From IMG/VR virus record IMGVR_UViG_2563366998_000008: DNA of 39,748 nt; one strand, written 5' to 3'. Under the pieces are notes generated by a model, which saw only the letters and a program-made list of their open reading frames with translations, ran no database searches and was not told where the DNA came from. The position numbers were made by a program, and so were the translations under genes. This DNA comes from a virus. Its lineage: Duplodnaviria > Heunggongvirae > Uroviricota > Caudoviricetes. The stretch's first letter is position 1; each line of letters starts with the position of its first letter. This document shows, in pieces, positions 35,092 to 39,748 of this stretch.

Positions 35092-38000
35092 ATGACAGTA
35101 AAAATTTCTGGCGTGCTTAAAGATGGCACAGGAAAACCAGTACAGAACTGCACCATTGTGCTGAAGGCCAGACGAACCAGCAGCACGGTGGTGGTGAACA
35201 CGGTGGCCTCTGAAAATCCGGATGAAGCCGGACGTTACAGCATGGATGTTGAGCATGGCCAGTACAGCGTCACCCTGCTGGTTGAAGGTTTTCCGCCTTC
35301 ACATGCCGGGACCATTACCGTCTATGAAGGTTCCAGACCAGGTACGCTGAATGATTTTCTCGGTGCCATGACGGAGGATGATGTCCGACCGGAGGCACTG
35401 CGCCGCTTTGAGCAGATGGTGGAAGAGGTGTCACGTAACGCCTCCGCGGTTGCACAGAATACGGCAGCCGCGAAAAAATCAGCCAGCGATGCCAGTGCAT
35501 CAGCCAGCGAGGCGGCAACTCATGCAACCGATGCTGCAGCCTCAGCACGTGCCGCCAGCACGTCAGCCGGACAGGCCGCGTCGTCGGCTCAGTCAGCGTC
35601 TTCCAGCGCAGGAACGGCATCGACAAAGGCCCGTGAAGCAGCAAAAAGTGCTGCTGCTGCAGAGTCATCAAAAAGCGCGGCAGCTACCAGCGCCAGTGCC
35701 GCGAAAACGTCAGAAACGAATGCCGCAGCATCACAAAAATCGGCAGCCACTTCTGCATCCACAGCGACCATGAAGGCGTCAGAAGCTGCCACCTCGGCAC
35801 GGGGTGCGGCGGCCTCAAAAGAGGCAGCGAAATCTTCAGAAACGAATGCATCATCAAGTGCCAGTAGTGCAGCTTCCTCGGCAACGGCGGCAGGAAATTC
35901 CGCGAAGGCGGCAAAAACGTCCGAGACGAACGCTAAGTCTTCTGAAACAGCAGCGGGACAGAGCGCCTCAGCTGCGGCAGGTTCAAAAACAGCGGCTGCA
36001 TTATCTGCCAGTGCCGCGTCAACAAGTGCCGGGCAGGCCTCAGCCAGTGCCACCGCCGCCGGAAAATCGGCAGAAAGCGCCGCATCATCCGCTTCAACAG
36101 CCACAACGAAGGCTGGCAAAGCCACTGAGCAAGCCACTGCAGCAGCGAGGTCTGCTTCTGCAGCAAAAACCTCTGAAACAAATGCAAAGACTTCAGCAGA
36201 CAATGCTGCTTCCTCTAAGGCGGCAGCCGCATCGTCAGCCAGTTCAGCGGCGTCATCGGCATCATCTGCGTCTGCTTCAAAAGATGAGGCGACCAGACAA
36301 GCGTCAGCAGCGAAAGGTAGTGCCACGACAGCAACAACGAAAGCATCAGAGGCGGCAGGCAGTGCGACGGCTGCATCTCAGAGCAAAGTTGCTGCTGAAT
36401 CCGCGGCAACGCGCGCCGAGACAGCAGCAAAACGGGCAGAGGATATTGCATCCGCCGTGGCGCTGGAGGATGCGAGCACGACGAAAAAGGGGATAGTACA
36501 GCTCAGCAGTGCAACAAACAGCACCAGTGAAAAGCTGGCGGCAACGCCAAAGGCAGTTAAAACTGTTAAAGATAGTTCAGTTCAAAAAACTGGCGACACA
36601 ATGGGAGGGCAGTTAAAAATCAGCACGATAAATGCTCTTCGAATATTCAACCAAGCCTTTGGCCTTATTTTTAGGCGTTCCGAAGATCATCTTCATCTTA
36701 TTCCGACTAATGAAGGGGAGGGGGAAAATGGAGACATCGGTTCATTAAGACCATTCTCTATAAACTTAAGATCAGGGTTGGTGTCCATCGGTAATGGACT
36801 AAAAGTTGGTGGTAGTGTTACTGGTAATTTGACCGGAAACGCAGATACTGCGACCAAGATCAAGACAGCACGTAAGATTGGGGGCGTGGCATTTGATGGA
36901 TCGGCAGATATCAACTTGCCTGGAGTCAACGCTACCGGTAATCAAAACACTACAGGTAATGCTGCGACCGCCACGAAACTTCAGGCAGCCAGAACGATTA
37001 ACGGTGTGTCATTTGATGGTAGTGCAAATATCACATTGACCCCTTCAAATATTGGGGCATTGGCATTAACTGGAGGGACTCTTTCAGGTGGTTTAACTGC
37101 TGCTGGTGAGGTTATTTCAAGGTCAGCAAATGGTCTGCGTATTGCCTATGGCAACTATGGATTCTTTATCCGAAATGATGGATCAAACACATATTTTATG
37201 TTGACAGATTCGGGTAACAGTCTTGGTACGCACAATAGCTTAAGGCCGTTTATAATTAGTAACCATACTGGCAATGTTACAATTGCAACTAAATTAAACG
37301 CGAGTGGTGGTATCACTGGATCTTTATCGGGTAATGCAAGCACAGCAACCAAATTGCAAACTGCAAGGACAATTAACGGCGTAAAATTTGACGGCTCGGC
37401 AAATATTGAAGCGTTTCCGCCAGGTGTTCCGCTGCCGTGGCCATCAGATACACCACCTGCAGGTTATGCGATCATGCAGGGGCAGACGTTTGATAAGGCA
37501 GCATATCCGAAACTGGCTATTGCCTATCCTTCAGGTGTTATTCCAGATATGCGCGGCTGGACAATCAAGGGCAAACCCGCCAGTGGCCGGGCCGTATTGT
37601 CTCAGGAACAGGACGGCATAAAATCGCACACCCACAGCGCCAGCGCATCCAGTACGGATTTGGGGACGAAAACCACATCGTCGTTTGATTACGGCACTAA
37701 ATCCACGAATAACACCGGGGCGCATACGCACAGTCTGAGTGGCTCTACGGGGTCTGCCGGTGTTCATACTCATGGTAATGGTATTCGTTGGCCAGGAGGC
37801 GGCGGTTCTGCGTTAGCATTTTATGATGGCGGTGGGTTCACTTATGTCCAGAATTCACAGTATCAAGTAAGCCCGGAGACTTCTTCCTATAGATCGTATT
37901 ATCAACGTATTCAGACACAGTCAGCAGGTGCTCATACCCACTCGCTGTCTGGTACTGCAGCAAGTTCTGGCGCACATGCACATACTGTAGGTATTGGTGC

Positions 38001-38118
38001 GCATACGCACTCCGTTGCGATTGGTTCACATGGACACACCATCACCGTTAACGCTGCGGGTAACGCGGAAAACACCGTCAAAAACATCGCATTTAACTAT
38101 ATTGTGAGGCTTGCATAA
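35092..38118 (+). CDS. stf: side tail fiber protein (Stf-like)
   Basis: N-terminus [22 protein letters not shown]... matches lambda Stf; long Ala/Ser/Thr-rich repeat region; C-terminal His-rich GAHTHS repeats. Confidence 0.9.
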   Translation: MTVKISGVLKDGTGKPVQNCTIVLKARRTSSTVVVNTVASENPDEAGRYSMDVEHGQYSVTLLVEGFPPSHAGTITVYEGSRPGTLNDFLGAMTEDDVRPEALRRFEQMVEEVSRNASAVAQNTAAAKKSASDASASASEAATHATDAAASARAASTSAGQAASSAQSASSSAGTASTKAREAAKSAAAAESSKSAAATSASAAKTSETNAAASQKSAATSASTATMKASEAATSARGAAASKEAAKSSETNASSSASSAASSATAAGNSAKAAKTSETNAKSSETAAGQSASAAAGSKTAAALSASAASTSAGQASASATAAGKSAESAASSASTATTKAGKATEQATAAARSASAAKTSETNAKTSADNAASSKAAAASSASSAASSASSASASKDEATRQASAAKGSATTATTKASEAAGSATAASQSKVAAESAATRAETAAKRAEDIASAVALEDASTTKKGIVQLSSATNSTSEKLAATPKAVKTVKDSSVQKTGDTMGGQLKISTINALRIFNQAFGLIFRRSEDHLHLIPTNEGEGENGDIGSLRPFSINLRSGLVSIGNGLKVGGSVTGNLTGNADTATKIKTARKIGGVAFDGSADINLPGVNATGNQNTTGNAATATKLQAARTINGVSFDGSANITLTPSNIGALALTGGTLSGGLTAAGEVISRSANGLRIAYGNYGFFIRNDGSNTYFMLTDSGNSLGTHNSLRPFIISNHTGNVTIATKLNASGGITGSLSGNASTATKLQTARTINGVKFDGSANIEAFPPGVPLPWPSDTPPAGYAIMQGQTFDKAAYPKLAIAYPSGVIPDMRGWTIKGKPASGRAVLSQEQDGIKSHTHSASASSTDLGTKTTSSFDYGTKSTNNTGAHTHSLSGSTGSAGVHTHGNGIRWPGGGGSALAFYDGGGFTYVQNSQYQVSPETSSYRSYYQRIQTQSAGAHTHSLSGTAASSGAHAHTVGIGAHTHSVAIGSHGHTITVNAAGNAENTVKNIAFNYIVRLA

Positions 38119-38702
38119 TGGCATTCAGAATGAGTGAACAAGCACGGACCATAAAAATTTATAATCTGCTGGCCGGAACTAATGAATTTATTGGTGAAGG
38201 TGACGCATATATTCCGCCTCATACAGGTCTGCCAGCAAACAGTACCGATATTGCACCACCAGATATTCCTGCTGGCTTTGTGGCTGTTTTCAACAGTGAT
38301 GAGGCATCGTGGCATCTCGTTGAAGACCATCGGGGGAAAACGGTTTATGACGTAGCGTCAGGGGACGAGTTATTTATTTCTGAACTCGGTCCGTTACCGG
38401 AAAATGTTACCTGGTTATCGCCGGAAGGGGAGTTTCAGAAGTGGAACGGCACAGCCTGGGTGAAGGATACGGAAGCAGAAAAACTGTTCCGGATCCGGGA
38501 GGCGGAAGAAACAAAAAACAACCTGATGCAGGTAGCCAGTGAGCATATTGCGCCGCTTCAGGATGCTGCAGATCTGGAAATTGCAACGGAGGAAGAAACC
38601 TCATTGCTGGAAGCCTGGAAAAAGTATCGGGTGTTGCTGAACCGTGTTGATACATCAACTGCACCTGATATTGAGTGGCCTACGAACCCTGTCAGGGAGT
38701 AA
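38118..38702 (+). CDS. tfa: tail fiber assembly protein (Tfa)
   Basis: 194 aa; start overlaps stf stop (TAATG); typical Tfa C-terminus. Confidence 0.9.
   Translation: MAFRMSEQARTIKIYNLLAGTNEFIGEGDAYIPPHTGLPANSTDIAPPDIPAGFVAVFNSDEASWHLVEDHRGKTVYDVASGDELFISELGPLPENVTWLSPEGEFQKWNGTAWVKDTEAEKLFRIREAEETKNNLMQVASEHIAPLQDAADLEIATEEETSLLEAWKKYRVLLNRVDTSTAPDIEWPTNPVRE
38538..38702 (+). repeat. tfa 3' segment, direct repeat copy A
   Basis: ~165 bp, roughly 85-90% identical by eye to 39587..39748. Confidence 0.8.
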
Positions 38703-38756
38703 TCATTGGGATTATGCCGCAGCACGTCTTAAGCAAGAACGTGCTGCGGTTGGATG

Positions 38757-39413
38757 CTATTTTTTCCCTGAAGCGGAAAACATTACTACAGTACCTTGAA
38801 CCTTGGTTTTAACATTCTCGAAATGCTCTGAGAGTATATGTGTTAAGCCTTCTTCGGAATCTTTTGTGTTTGAAAAGATGCCTTTCTGATTGTAAATGCG
38901 CATCAGTTTTTGACCGAAGCTATTGTGCACAACTCCATCGCCAAGAATTGTGGCTCCGTATAGAGTTCCATCGTCAGTTAAGGCCTGCGCCGCATTGCGT
39001 ATTACACAGCTTTTTGTAGATATATTTCCAGGCAGGCAGTGAAGAAGGTAAAACATGGAAATGGAATCAAATTGACCATGTAACGCCGCGGGATAAGGTT
39101 CAAAAACATCATGGCTAATTTTATGTTTAATTTTTGATTCCCCAGCCCTTGTAGATGCCGCGTTCAGGCTAGCTTCGTTCAAATCCATTAAAGATATCAG
39201 ACTACTCTCAGGTACGTGAGTAAGGTAAAACCCAGTTCCAACACCAATATCCAGATGGTTGTTACCTACATGTTCCAGAAAGTGTGGAAGAAGGTGTTCC
39301 TTTGTAGGACATCCCCATGCAAGCCGATTTGATACTCCCAAAACCCACCAGTCATAAAGCTTTAGGGTAAGTGGTGTGTAAATTTTAGCCCCATCATCTG
39401 TGTTTTTTTTCAT
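38757..39413 (-). CDS. class I SAM-dependent methyltransferase
   Basis: Minus-strand ORF; HLDIGVGTGFY glycine-rich SAM-binding motif and downstream acidic motif LMDLNE; AT-rich relative to neighbours; likely start at the second ATG (39411-39413) with GGTGA upstream. Confidence 0.7.
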   Translation of the reverse strand: MKKNTDDGAKIYTPLTLKLYDWWVLGVSNRLAWGCPTKEHLLPHFLEHVGNNHLDIGVGTGFYLTHVPESSLISLMDLNEASLNAASTRAGESKIKHKISHDVFEPYPAALHGQFDSISMFYLLHCLPGNISTKSCVIRNAAQALTDDGTLYGATILGDGVVHNSFGQKLMRIYNQKGIFSNTKDSEEGLTHILSEHFENVKTKVQGTVVMFSASGKK

Positions 39414-39481
39414 TGATTTCACCATGTTATAGTTTTATTTGTGAATTAAATCAATTATGGCGATGAATTACAAGGGGTTAA

Positions 39482-39748
39482 ATGCTGCCGCAGCATAGCG
39501 ATATTGAAATAGCCTGGTATGCTTCGATACAGCAGGAGCCGAATGACTGGAAGACCGTCACCACACAGTTCCACATCCAGGAATTCAGTGAGTATATTGC
39601 GCCACTGCAGGATGCTGTAGATCTGGAAATCGCAACGGCGGAAGAAAGATCGTTGCTGGAGGCATGGAATAAATATCGGGTATTGTTGAATCGTGTTGAT
39701 ACATCAACTGCACCTGATATTGAGTGGCCGACTTCACCTGCAGAGTAA
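39482..39748 (+). CDS. short Tfa-like protein (C-terminal Tfa domain only, 88 aa)
   Basis: ATG 39482 after AAGGGG; C-terminal ~50 aa nearly identical to the C-terminus of the tfa product; stop at window end. Confidence 0.55.
   Translation: MLPQHSDIEIAWYASIQQEPNDWKTVTTQFHIQEFSEYIAPLQDAVDLEIATAEERSLLEAWNKYRVLLNRVDTSTAPDIEWPTSPAE
39587..39748 (+). repeat. tfa 3' segment, direct repeat copy B
   Basis: Imperfect direct repeat of 38538..38702, flanking the methyltransferase gene. Confidence 0.8.

Noticed and set aside
35378-36496. Many long ORFs in alternate frames and on the minus strand inside stf (e.g. 35378..35773, 35804..36496, 35589..36326)
   Set aside because: They lie within the Ala/Ser-rich low-complexity repeat region, where every frame stays open; translations are Pro/Arg/Gln-rich junk and overlap a well-supported stf frame
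1-39748. CRISPR arrays, rRNA genes, integrase or attachment sites
   Set aside because: No regularly spaced short repeats and no rRNA-like sequence were seen; the window appears to lie inside the prophage without reaching either end

Overview
This window is a lambdoid (lambda-like) prophage segment, apparently from an E. coli-like enterobacterial genome, with almost all major genes on the + strand. From left to right: the 3' part of an early nin-like region (DUF4406 protein, HNH endonuclease, hok toxin locus, DUF968 protein, RusA, Q antiterminator); a late promoter/terminator; a lysis cassette (phage-21-type pinholin, SAR endolysin, Rz/Rz1) interrupted by accessory genes; the cos site (cosN at 13976..13987); then a complete lambda-type head and tail operon (Nu1, A, W, B, C, D, E, FI, FII, Z, U, V, G/G-T, H, M, L, K, I, J), followed by lom, stf, tfa, a minus-strand methyltransferase and a short second tfa-like gene. 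Family assignments rest on reading the translations against lambda and E. coli prophage proteins from memory; no database search was run. The most notable observations are: a prophage lipoprotein carrying a TonB C-terminal domain (12886..13212); a 1102-bp tandem duplication that creates a chimeric ORF fusing a DUF968 N-terminus to the Hok toxin body; an unrecognised 297-aa gene splitting holin from endolysin; a candidate small RNA in a non-lambda insert between I and J; an IS200 element between head genes D and E; and a methyltransferase cassette flanked by tfa 3' repeats. None of the unrecognised genes could be assigned to a known defence system from sequence alone.
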